The translations under genes and the position numbers were made by a program. Positions 16,601 to 30,300 of a DNA stretch of 64,000 bases are shown here, one piece after another. The first letter of the stretch is position 1, and each line of letters starts with the position of its first letter. Where the stretch lies: assembly GCF_009914755.1 (NCBI RefSeq), contig NC_060940.1; one strand, 5' to 3'. This stretch comes from the human T2T-CHM13v2.0 reference genome, Homo sapiens. Below the pieces are notes generated by a model. That model was not told the DNA's origin and ran no database searches. It was given only the letters and a program-made list of their open reading frames with translations.

Positions 16601-19600
16601 TCCTTTCGATGATTCCATTCGATTCCACTCGATGATGATTTCATTCGAGTCCATTCGACACTTCCAATCGATTCCATTTGATGTTTCCATTCGAGTCCAA
16701 TTGATGATTCCATTCAATTCCATTCGATGATGATTCCGTACGATTCCATTCTGTGATGATTCCATGTGATTGCATTCAATGATGATTCCTTTCGATTGCA
16801 TTCGATTATGATTCATTTCGTGTTCATTCTATGGTTCCACAGGTTTCCATTCGATGACGTTTCCGTTCGTGTCCATTCCATTATTCCATTCTATTTCATT
16901 TGATGATGATTCCATTCGATTCCATTCATTGGTGATTCCACTCAATTCCATTCAATGATTCCATTCCATTTCTTTCAACAATGATTCCCTTAGTTTCTAT
17001 TCGATGATCCACTTGATTCCATTTGGCGATGATTCCATTCGTGTCCATTCGATGATTCCATTTGATTCCATATGATGATGATTCCATTCGATTCCATACC
17101 ATGATGATTCCATTCGAGTCCATTCAATGGTGATTCCATTCAATTCCATTCGATGATTCCTTCCGATTCCATTCGATGATGATGGCATTCGATTCCTTTC
17201 AATCATTCCCTTTGATTCCATTCAAAGGTGATTTCATTCAAGTCCATTCGATAATTGCATTCGATTCCATTCTATGATGATTCCATTCGAGTCCATTTGA
17301 TGATTCCATTCAATTCAAGTCAATGATGATTCCATTCGATTCCACTCGATGATTCCATTGGATTCCATTCGATGATGATTCCATTCAAATCCATTCGATA
17401 ATTCAATTCAAGTCCATTCGATGATGATTCCAATCGAATCCATTCAAAGATTCCATTCAATTCCATTCGATGATGATTCCCTTAGATTCCATTCGATGAT
17501 TCCACTTGATTCCATTTACGATGATTCCATTTGATTCCATGTGATGAATCCATTCAATTCTATTCAATGATGTTTCCATTTGATTCCATTGGACCATGAT
17601 TGCCTTTGATTCCATTCAATGATTCCATTCGGTTCCATTTGATGATGATTCCGTTCGATTCCATTTCATTATTCCATTTGATTCCATTGGATGAGTCCAT
17701 TCGATTACATTCGATGATTATTCCATTCGAGTGCATTAGATGATTGCATTCGAGTCCATTCGATGATTCCATTCGATTCCATTCGATGTTGATTCTGTTC
17801 AAATCCATTCGATGATTCCACTCGATTCCATTCGATGACTCCATTTGATCCCATTCGATGATTTCCTGTGATTCCCTTTGATGATCATTCTATTTGATTC
17901 AATTCGGTGATTTCATTTCATTCCATTCAGTGATGTTTCCATTCGACTGTATTCGATGATGATTCCATTCGACTCCATTCGATTATGATTTCATTCAATT
18001 CCATTCAATAATGATTCCCTTCGAGTCCATTCGATGATTCCATTCGATTCCATTCAACGATGATTTGATTCGTTTCCATTCGATGATTCCATTTGATTCC
18101 ACTTGATGATGATTCCATTCGAGTCCATTTGATGATTCCATTCGAGTCTATTTATGTATTATATTCGTGTCCACTTCATGATTCCATTCAATTCCATTTA
18201 ATGTTGATTCCATTTGATTCCATTTGATGATTCAGTTCGATTCCTTGCAATGATTCCCTACGATTCCTTTCTATGATGATTCCATTCGATTCCATTCATT
18301 GATGATTTCATTCGACTCCATTCGATGATGATTCCTTTCGATTCCATTTGACGATGTTTCCATTCGAGTCCATTCGATGATGATTCTATTCAATTCTGTT
18401 CTATTATGATTCCATTCGATTTCATTCAATGCTTCTATTTGATTCCATTCGATGATGATTCCATCTCTTTCCCTTCGATGATTCCATTTGATTCCATTCA
18501 GTGATGATTCCATTTGATTCCATCTGATGATGATTTCACTTGATTCCTTTCAATGATGATTCAATTCAAGTCCATTCTATGACTCCATTGGAGTCCAAAC
18601 GATCATTCCGTTCGATTCCATTCAATGGTGATTCCATTCATGTCCATTCGATGAATCCATTCAATTCCATTCGATGATGACTCCATTCGAGTACATTCGA
18701 TGATTCCATTTGATTCCATTTGAAGATGATTCCATTCAATTCCATTCGAAGATGATTCCATTCAATTCCATTCGATGATGATTCCGTATGAATCCATTCT
18801 CTGATTATTCCATTCGATTCCATTCATTGACGATTCCATTCAATTCCATTCAATGATGATTCTCTTCTATTCCATTCGATGATTCCGGTCGATTCCATTC
18901 GATGATGATTCCATTAGATTCCATTCGATTGTTGCATTCGATTCCCTTCGATGATGATTCCTTTGAATTCCATTCGATTATCATTCCGTATGAATCCATT
19001 TGATGATTATTCCATTGGATTCCTTTCGATGATGATTCCATTCGATTCCATTTGATGATGTTTCTCTTGTATTCCATTGGATAATTCCTTTCAGTTCCCT
19101 TCGATGATTATTCTTTCGAGTCAATTCGATGATTCTATTCCATTCCCTTCGATGATGATTCCATTTCACTCCATTTGATGATTCCATTCGACTCAATTTG
19201 GTGATGATTCAATTCGATGACATTCGATGACTCCATTCAATTTCATTTGATGATGATTACATTCGAGTCCATTTGATGATTGTATTCCTTTCCTTTTGAT
19301 GATTATTCCATTCGTGTCTATTCAAAGGTTCCATTCTATTCCATTCAATGATGATTGCATTTGATTCCATTCAATGATTATGGCTATCGATTCCACTCGT
19401 TGATTCCATTTGATTCCGTTCGATGATTATTCCGTTAGATTCCATTAGAAGATTCCATTCGATTTTATTCAATGATTCCAATGGATTCCATTCAATGATG
19501 ATTCCATTCGACTCCATTCAGTGATTCCATTCGAGTCCATTTGATGATTCCATTCTTTTCCATTTGATGATGATTCCATTAGGGTCCATTCAATGATTCC

Positions 19601-22190
19601 ATTCGAGTCCATTCGTTAATGCCTTTCGAGTCCTTTTGATCACTACATTCGAGTCCATTCAATGATTCTATTCGATTCCATTCCATGATGATTCCATTCG
19701 AGTTCATTCGATGATTGCATTCGAGTCCATTTGATGATTCCATATGATTCCCTTCGACAATGATTCCATTCGTGTCCATTTGATGATTCCATTCATTTCC
19801 TATCGATGAAGATTCCATTCAAGTGTATTCGATGATTCCATTCAAATCCATTCGATGATGATTCCATTCCAGTCCATTCGATCATTCCACTTGATTCCAT
19901 TTGATGACTATTCCATTCAAATCCATTTGATGATTCCATTCGATTCCATTCGATGTTACCATTCGAGTATATACGATGATTCCACTCGATTCCATTTGAT
20001 GATTATTCCATTGGAGTCCACTTAGTGAATCCTTTAGATTCTACTGGAAGATGATTCCATTCGAGTCCATTCGATGATACCATTCAATTCCATTCGTTGA
20101 TGCTTCCATTCAAGTGCATTCGATGATATCATTCGATTCCATTTGATGATAATTCCATTTGATTCCATGCGATGATTCTATTCGATTCCATTCAATGATA
20201 ATTCCATTCAATTCAGTGATTCCTCTGGACTCCATTTGATGATGATTCCATTCAATGATTCCATTCGATTCTATTCCAAAATGATTCCATTTGAATCCAT
20301 TTGATGATGATTCCATTGGATTCCATTTGATGATTCCATTCGATTCCATTCGATGATGATTCCATTCGATTCCTTTTGATGAATCCATTCTATTGTATTC
20401 GATGATGATTCCATTCGATTCCATTCGATGATGATTGGATTCGATTCCATTTTATGATTTCATTTGATTACATACGATAATGATTTCGATCAATTCCATT
20501 CAATGATTCCATTCGATTCCATTCGATAATGATTACATCCGAGTCCATTCGATGATTCCATTTGAGCCCGTTCGATAATTCCATTTGAGTCCAATCAATG
20601 ATTCCATTCATTTCCATTCAATGATTCCATTCGAGTCCATTTGATCATTCCGGTAGGGTCCGTTCGATGTTGATTCCATTGGAGTGCATTCGATGATTCC
20701 ATTCGAGTCCATTTTAGGATTTGATTCGAGTCCTTTCGATGATTCCATTCGATTCCACTCGATGATTTCATTCGAGTCCATTCGACACTTCCAATCGATT
20801 CCATTTGATGTTTCCATTCGATTCCAATTGATGATTCCATTCAATTCCATTCGATGATGATTCCGTACGATTCCATTCTGTGATGATTCCATGTGATTGC
20901 ATTCAATGATGATTCCTTTCGATTGCATTCGATTATGATTCATTTCGTGTTCATTCTATGGTTCCACAGGTTTCCATTCGATGATGTTTCCATTCGTGTC
21001 CATTCCATTATTCCATTGTATTCCATTTGAAGATGATTCCATTCGATTCCATTCATTGGTGATTCCACTCAATTCCATTCAATGATTCCATTCCATTTCT
21101 TTCAACAATGATTCCATTAGTTTCTATTCGATGATCCACTTGATTCCATTTGACGATGATTCCATTCGTGTCCATTCGATGATTCCATTTGATTCCATAT
21201 GATGATGATTCCATTCGATTCCATACGATGATGATTCCATTCGAGTCCATTCAATGGTGATTCCATTCAATTCCATTCGATGATTCCTTTCGATTCCATT
21301 CAATGATGATGGCATTCGATTCCTTTCGATCATTCCCTTTGATTCCATTCAAAGGTGATTTCATTCAAGTCCATTCGATAATTGCATTCGATTTCATTCT
21401 ATGATGATTCCATTCGAGTCCATTTGATGATTCCATTCAATTCAAGTCAATGATGATTCCATTCGATTCCACTCGATGATTCCATTGGATTCCATTCGAT
21501 GATGATTCCATTCAAATCCATTCGATAATTCAATTCAAGTCCATTCGATGATGATTCCAATTGAATCCATTCAAAGATTCCACTCAATTCCATTCGATGA
21601 TGATTCCCTTAGATTCCATTCGATGATTCCACTTGATTCCATTTACGATGATTCCATTCGATTCCATGTGATGATTCCATTCAATTCTATTCAATGATGT
21701 TTCCACTTGATTCCATTCGAACATGATTGCCTTTGATTCCATTCAATGATTCCATACGGTTCCATTTGATGATGATTCCATTCGAGTGCATTAGATGATT
21801 CCATTCGAGTCCATTCGATGATTCCATTCGATTCCATTCGATGTTGATTCTGTTCAAATCCATTCGATGATTCCACTTGATTCCATTCGATGACTCCATT
21901 TGATCCCATTCGATGATTTCCTTTGATTCCCTTTGATGATCATTCCATTTGATTCAATTCGGTGATTTCATTTGATTCCATTCAGTGATGTTTCCATTCA
22001 ACTCCTTTCGATGATGATTCCATTCGACTCCATTCGATTATGATTTCATTCAATTCCATTCGATAATGATTCCCTTCAAGTCCATTCGATGATTCCATTC
22101 GATTCCATTCAACGATGATTTGATTCGTGTCCATTCGATGATTCCATTTGATTCCATTTGATGATGATTCCATTCGAGTCCATTTGATGA
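7610..22190 (+). repeat. Tandem array of a 4,130-bp derived unit (~3.5 periods)
   Basis: Marker ORFs lie at 7730, 11850, 15980 and 20110 (+4120, +4130, +4130) and at 10378, 14508 and 18638 (+4130). The unit-specific junction 'ttcgagtctatttatgtattatattcgtgtccacttcatg' occurs at 9891, 14011 and 18141. Confidence 0.93.
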
Positions 22191-25100
22191 TTCCATTCAA
22201 TTCCATTCTCCGATGATTTCTTTTGAGCCCATTCAATGCTTCCACTCGATTCCATATGATGATGACTCCATTTGATGAAATTCCATGATGATTCCATTCG
22301 CTTGCATTCGATGATGATTCCACTTGAGTCCGTTAGAAGATTCTATTCAATTACATTCCATGACGATTCTGTTCGAGTCCATTTGATGATTCCATTAGAC
22401 TCCATTTGACGATGATTCCATTCGATGTTATTCGATGATGCTTCCATTCAACTCCATTCGATGTTTCCATTCGAGTTCATTCTATTATTCCATTAGATTC
22501 CATTCGATGATGATTCCATTCGATTCCATTTGATGATTGCATTATATTTCATTTGATGATGACTCCATTCGAGTCCATTCGATGATTCCATTCGAGTCCA
22601 TTTAATGAATCCATTGGTTTCAATTCTATGATGATTACATTGGATTCCATTCGTTGATGATTTCATTCGATTCCATTCAATGATGATTCCATTCAATTCC
22701 ATTCAATGATTCCATTCAATTCCATACGATGATGATTCCATTTGATTTGATTCGACAGTGAGCCATTCGATTCAATTCCATGATGATTCTATTTGATTCA
22801 ATTGGTTGACATTTCCATTCGATTCCATTCGATGATGATTCCATTTGATTCCATTCAAAGATGATTCCATTCTAGCCCATTCAATCATTCCATTCGATTC
22901 TATTCAATGATGATTCCATTCATGTCGATTTGGTGATTCCATTTGACTTCATTTGATGATGATTCCTTTCAAGTTCATTAGATGATTCCATTCGATTCCA
23001 TTTGATGATGATCCCATTCGAGTCCATTCAGTGATTCCACTCGTTTCCATTCCATGATGATTCCATTCCATTCCATTCAATGACTCCATTCGATTCCGTT
23101 TGATGATGATTTCATTCGAGTCCATTTGATGATTCCGTTTGATTCCATTCGATGATGATTACATTCGAGTCCATATGATGATTCCACTCAATTCCATATG
23201 ATGATGATTCCATTCGATTCCATTCGATGATTCCATTCTATTCTATTCAATGGTGATTCCATTCGAGTACATTAGATGATTCCATTCGATTCCATTCAAT
23301 GATGATTCTATTTGTGTCCCTTAGATGGTTCCACATGATTCCATTTCATGATGATACTATTTGAGCCCATCCAATGATTCCCTTCGTATCCATTCGATGA
23401 GGATTCCATTCGATTCAATTCATTGGTGATTCTATTCAATTCAATTCTTTGATTCCATTCCATTCCATTCGACAATGATTCCATTCGATTTCTTTCGATG
23501 ATTCCACTCGATTCCACTTGACATTGATTCCATTCGATTCCATTCAATGATTCCGTTTGATTCCAGTGGATGATGATTGCCATCGATTCCATTCGATCAC
23601 TCCATTCTATTCCATTTGATGATGATTACATTCGATTCCATTTGATGATTCCATCTGATTCTATTCGAGGATTCCATTTGATTCCATTCGATGATGATTC
23701 CATTCGAGTGCATTCGATGATTTCATTCGAGTACATCCAATGATTCCATTCGAGTCCATTTTATGATTCCATTTAATTCCATTTGATTATGATTCTACTA
23801 GAGTCCATTCAATGACTCCATTCGAATCCATTCAACAATTCCATTCGAGGCCATTCGATGATTCCATTTCTTGATTCCATTCGAGTCTATTTAATCATTA
23901 CAGTCGAGTCCATTTGGTGATTCCACTGGATTTCTTTTGATAATGATACCATTCAATTACATTTGATGATGATCCCATTCAATTTCATTTGATGGTGATT
24001 CCATTAGAGTCCATTCGATGATTTCATTCGAGTCCCTTCATTTATTCCATCCGATATCATTGGATGATGACTCCATTCGAGTCCATTCGATGATTCCACT
24101 CGATTCCATTAGATGATTCCATTGGAGTCCATTTGATTGTTCCATTCGATTCTATTCGATTCCTTTCGAAGGTTATTCCATTTGAGTCCATTCGATGATG
24201 ATTCCATTCCATTCCATTCGATGATTCCGTTTGATTCCATTCGATGATTCCCTTCGATTCCTTTCTTTGATGATTCCATTCCATTCCATTCAATGATTCC
24301 ATTCGAATCTATTCCATGATGATTCCTTTCGATTCCATTCGCTGATGTTTCCGTTCAATTCCATTCGATGATGATTCCATTCGATTCCATTCATTGAGGA
24401 TTCCATTTGATTCCATTCAATGATGATTCCATTCTATTCCATTCAATGATTGCATTCAATTCCATTCAATGATTATCCCCTTAGAGTAAACTCAACGATT
24501 CCATTCAATACCATTCGATGATGATTCCTTTTGAGTCCATTCAATGATTTCATTCAAGTCCATTTGATGATTCCTTTCAATTCCATTCTATGATGATTCC
24601 ATTCGAGTCCATTCGATGATTCCATTCGATTGCATTCGATGATTCCATTATATTCCATTCAACGATGTTTCCATTCGAGTCCATTCGATGATTCCATTAG
24701 AGTACATTTAATGATTGCTTTGTTTTCAATTCGAAGATGATTACATTGGATTCCATTCTATGATACCATTCGATTCCATTCAATGATGATTCCACTCAAA
24801 TCCATTGGATGATTCCATTCGTGTCCATTCGGTGATTTCATTAGATTCCATTCGAGGATGATTCCATTCGATTCCATTCGATGATTCCATTCAATTCCAT
24901 TCGATGATGATTCCATTCCAGTCCATATGATCATTCCATTTGATTTCATTCGATGATGATTCCATTCGATTCCATTCGATGATTCCATTCTATTCCATTC
25001 GATGATGATTCCATTCGAGTCCATTCGATGATTCCATTCGAGTCCATTTAATGATTCCATTGGGTTCAATTCAATGATGATTACATTGGATTCCGTTCTA

Positions 25101-25962
25101 TGATTCCATTCAATTCCGTTCATTGACAATTTGATTCCATTCGATGATGATTCCATTTGAGTTCATTCGATGATTCTATTCGATTCTCTTCGATGGTGAT
25201 TCAATTCTATTATATTGGATGATTCCATTCGATTCCATTTGATGTTGATTCAATTCGATTCTATTCGATGATGATTCCATTGGATTTCACTTGATGATTC
25301 TATTCGATTCCATTCAATGATGATTCACTTCTCGTCCATTGGATGATTCCATTTCATTCCATTCGATGATGATTCCATTCGATTCCATTCGATGATTCCA
25401 TTTGATTCCATGCGTCGGTGAGCAATTCGATTCAATTCCATGATGATTCTATTTGATTCAATTAGATGATGTTTCCATTCGAATCCATTCCATGATTATT
25501 CCATTGGAATCCATTCGGCGATGATTCCATATGAGTCAATTCAATGATGATTCCATATGGGTCCGTTCGATGATAATTCCATTTGATTTCATTCGGTGCT
25601 TCTATTCAATTCCAGTCGATGATGATTCCGTTGGAGTCCATACGATGATTCCATTTGATTTCATTTGATGATGATTCCATTCGATGATGATTACATTGGA
25701 TTCCATTCTATGATTCCATTCAATTCCATTCGTTGATGATTCGATTCCATTCAATGATGATTCCATTTGAGTTCATTCGATGATTCTATTCGATTCCGTT
25801 CGATGGTGATTCAATTCTCTTATATTGGATGAATCCACTCGATTCCATTTGATGATTATTCCATTGGAGTCCACTTAGTGAATCCTTCAGATTCTACTCG
25901 AAGATGATTCCATTCGAGTCCATTCGATGATACCATTCAATTCCATTCGTTGATGCTTCCAT
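20110..25962 (+). repeat. Shortened (5,853-bp) copy of the 6.1-kb unit
   Basis: Same block order as 1619-7729, with markers at 20608, 21982, 23308, 24758 and 25963. It carries a 72-bp deletion near 21775 (ORF 70 aa vs 94 aa) and a ~170-bp deletion near 23160. Confidence 0.8.
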
Positions 25963-27369
25963 TCAAGTGCATTCGATGATATCATTCGATTCCATTTGAT
26001 GATAATTCCATTTGATTCCATGCGATGATTCTATTCGATTCCATTCAATGATAATTCCATTCAATTCAGTGATTCCTCTGGACTCCATTTGATGATGATT
26101 CCATTCAATGATTCCATTCGATTCTATTCGAAAATGATTCCATTTGAATCCATTTGATGATGATTCCATTCGATTCCATTTGACGATGATTTGATTCGTG
26201 TCCATTCGATGATTCCATTTGATTCCACTTGATGAGGATTCCATTCGAGTCTATTTGATGATTCCATTCAATTCCATTCTCCGATGATTTCTTTTGAGCC
26301 CATTCAATGCTTCCACTCGATTACATATGATGATGACTCCATTCGATGAAACTCGATGATGATTCCATTCGCTTGCATTCGATGATGATTCTACTTGAGT
26401 CCGTTAGAAGATTCTATTCAATTACATTCCATGACGATTCCGTTTGAGTCCATTTGATGATTCCATTACACTCCATTCGACAATGATTCCATTCAATGTT
26501 ATGCGATGATTCCATTCGATCTCATTCGATGATGATTCCATTCAACTCCATTCGATGTTTCCATTCGAGTTCATTCTATTATTCCATTAGATTCCATTCG
26601 ATGATGATTCCATTCGATTCCATTTGATGATTGCATTCTATTTCATTTGATTTTGATTCCATTCGAGTCCATTCGATGATTCCATTCGAGTCCATTTAAT
26701 GAATCCATTGGTTTCAATTCTATGATGATTATATTGGATTCCATTCGTTGATGATTTCATTCGATTCCATTCAATGATGATTCCATTCAATTCCATTCAA
26801 TGATTCCATTCAATTCCATGCGATGATGATTCCATTTGATTTGATTCGACAGTGAGCCATTCAATTCAATTCCATGATGATTCTATTTGATTCAATTGGT
26901 TGACATTTCCATTCGATTCCATTCGATGATGATTCCATTTGATTCCATTCAAAGATGATTCCATTCTAGCCCATTCAATCATTCCATTCGATTCTATTCA
27001 ATGATGATTCCATTCATGTCGATTTGGTGATTCCATTTGACTTCATTTGATGATGATTCCTTTCAAGTTCATTAGATGATTCCATTCGATTCCATTTGAT
27101 GATGATCCCATTCGAGTCCATTCAGTGATTCCACTCGTTTCCATTCCATGATGATTCCATTCCATTCCATTCAATGATTCCATTCGATTCCGTTTGATGA
27201 TGATTTCATTCGAGTCCATTTGATGATTCCATTTGATTCCATTCGATGATGATTCCATTCGAGTCCATTCGATGATTCTATTCGAATCCATTTGATGATT
27301 TCTTTTGATTATAGTTGGTGATGATTCCATTGGAGTCCATTCAATGATTCCATTCGATTCCAATCGATG

Positions 27370-30300
27370 GTGGTTCCATTAGAGTCCATTTAATGATTCC
27401 ATTTGATTCCAGTCTCTGATGTTTACATTCGAGTCCATACGATGATTCCACTCAATTCCATTTGATGATGATTCCATTCGATTCCATTCGATGATTCCAT
27501 TCTATTCTATTCAATGGTGATTCCATTCGAGTACATTAGATGATTCCATTCGATTCCATTCAATGATGATTCTATTTGTGTCCCTTAGATGATTCCACAT
27601 GATTCCATTACATGATGATACTATTTGAGCCCATCCAATGATTCCCTTCGATTCCATTCGATGAGGATTCCATTCGATTCAATTCATTGGTGATTCTATT
27701 CAATTCAATTCTTTGATTCCATTCCATTCCATTCGACAATGATTCCATTCGATTTCTTTCGATGATTCCACTCGATTCCACTTGACATTGATTCCATTCG
27801 ATTCCATTCAATGATTCCATTTGATTCCAGTGGATGATGATTGCCATCGATTCCATTCGATCACTCCATTCTATTCCATTTGATGATGATTACATTCGAT
27901 TCCATTTGATGATTCCATCTGATTCTATTCGAGGATTCCATTTGATTCCATTCGATGATGATTCCATTCGAGTCCATTCGATGATTTCATTCGAGTACAT
28001 CCAATGATTCCATTCGAGTCCATTTGATGATTCCATTTCATTCCATTTGATTATGATTCTACTAGAGTCCATTCAATGACTCCATTCGAGTCCATTCAAC
28101 AGTTCCATCCGAGTCCATTCGATGATTCCATTCGATTCCATTTGATGATTCCATTCGAGTCCATTTAATCATTACAGTCGAGTCCATTTGGTGATTCCAC
28201 TGGATTTCTTTTGATAATGATACCATTCAATTACATTTGATGATGATCCCATTCAATTTCATTTGATGATGATTCCATTAGAGTCCATTCCATGATTTCA
28301 TTCGAGTCCCTTCATTGATTCCATCCGATTTCATTTCATGATGACTCCATTCGAGTCCATTCGATGATTCCACTCGATTCCTTTAGATGATTCCATTGGA
28401 GTCCATTTGATTGTTCCATTGGATTCCATTCGATTCCTTTCGAAGATTATTCCATTTGAGTCCATTCGATGATGATTCCATTCCATTCCATTCGATGATT
28501 CCGTTTGATTCCATTCGATGATTCCCTGCGATTCCTTTCTATGATGATTCCATTCCATTCCATTCAATGATTCCATTCGAATCTATTCCATGATGATTCC
28601 TTTCGATTCCATTCGCTGATGTTTCCGTTCAATTCCATTCGATGATGATTCCATTCGATTCCATTCATTGAGGATTCCATTTGATTCCATTCAATGATGA
28701 TTCCATTCTATTCCATTCAATGATTGCATTCAATTCCATTCAATGATTATCCCATTAGAGTAAACTCAACGATTCCATTCAATACCATTCGATGATGATT
28801 CCTTTTGAGTCCATTCAATGATTTCATTCAAGTCCATTTGATGATTCCTTTCAATTCCATTCTATGATGATTCCATTCGAGTCCATTCGATGATTCCATT
28901 CGATTGCATTCGATGATTCCATTATATTCCATTCAACGATGATTCCATTCGAGTCCATTCGATGATTCCATTAGAGTACATTTAATGATTGCTTTGTTTT
29001 CAATTCGAAGATGATTACATTGGATTCCATTCTATGATTCCATTCGATTCCATTCATTGATGATTCCACCCAATTCCATTCGATGATGATTCCATTCGAT
29101 TTCAATGATTCTACTCGATTCCATTCAATGATGATTCAATTCTATTCCGTTTGATGATTCCATTAGATTCCATTCTATGATGATTCCATTCGAGTCCATT
29201 CGAAGATTTCATTCGATTACATTCCATGACGATTCCATTCGAGTCCATTCGATGATTCCATTTGAATCCATTCGACGATGATTCCATTTGATGCTATTCG
29301 ATGATTCCATTGGATTCCATTCGATGATGATTCCATTCGACTTGATTTGATGTTTCTATTTGAGTCCATTCGGTTATTTTATTAGACTACATTCGATGAT
29401 GATTCCATTCGATGCCATTCAATGATTCCATTTGATTCCACTCAATGATGATTGCATTCGTGTCCATTCGATGATTCCATTTGGTTCCATTTGATGATGA
29501 TTCCATTCGAGTCCATTCGATGATACCATTCAATTCCATTCGATGATCATTCCATTCGAATCCATTTGATGATTCCACTCAATTCCATTTGATGACTCCT
29601 TTCATTCCCATTCGATGATTCCCTTCAGTTCCAATTGGATGATCTTTCCATTTGATTCAATATGGTGACTCCATTCTATTATATTCAATGATGATTCCAT
29701 TCGACTCCATTAGATGATGACTCCATTCCATTCCATTCGATTGTGATTTCATTCGATTCCATTCGAAGATGATTCCATTCGAGTCCATTTGATGATTCCA
29801 TTCGATTCCATTCAATGATGATTCCACTCAAATCCATTGGATGATTCCATTCGTTTCCAATTGGTGATTTCATTAGATTCCATCGAGGATGATTCTATTC
29901 GAGTCCATTCAATGATTCCATTGGATTCCGTTTGATAATGATTCCATTAGAGTTCATTCGATGATTCCCTTCGAGTCCATTCGATTATTTCTTTTGATTC
30001 CATTTGATGATGATTCCATTCGATTCCATTCAATGATTCCATTCCATTCCATTCGATGATGATTCCATTCGATAATGATTACATTCGAGCCCATGTGATG
30101 ATTCCATTAGATTCTATTCAATGATGATTCCATTCGACCACATTCGATGATGGCATTCGAGTCCATTCGATGATTTCACTCGATTCCACTTGATGATGAT
30201 TCCTTTTGAGTCCATTTGATGATTACATTCGAGTCCATGAGATGACTCCATTCGATTCCATTTCATGATGATGCAATTCGAGGCTATTCGATCATCCCAT

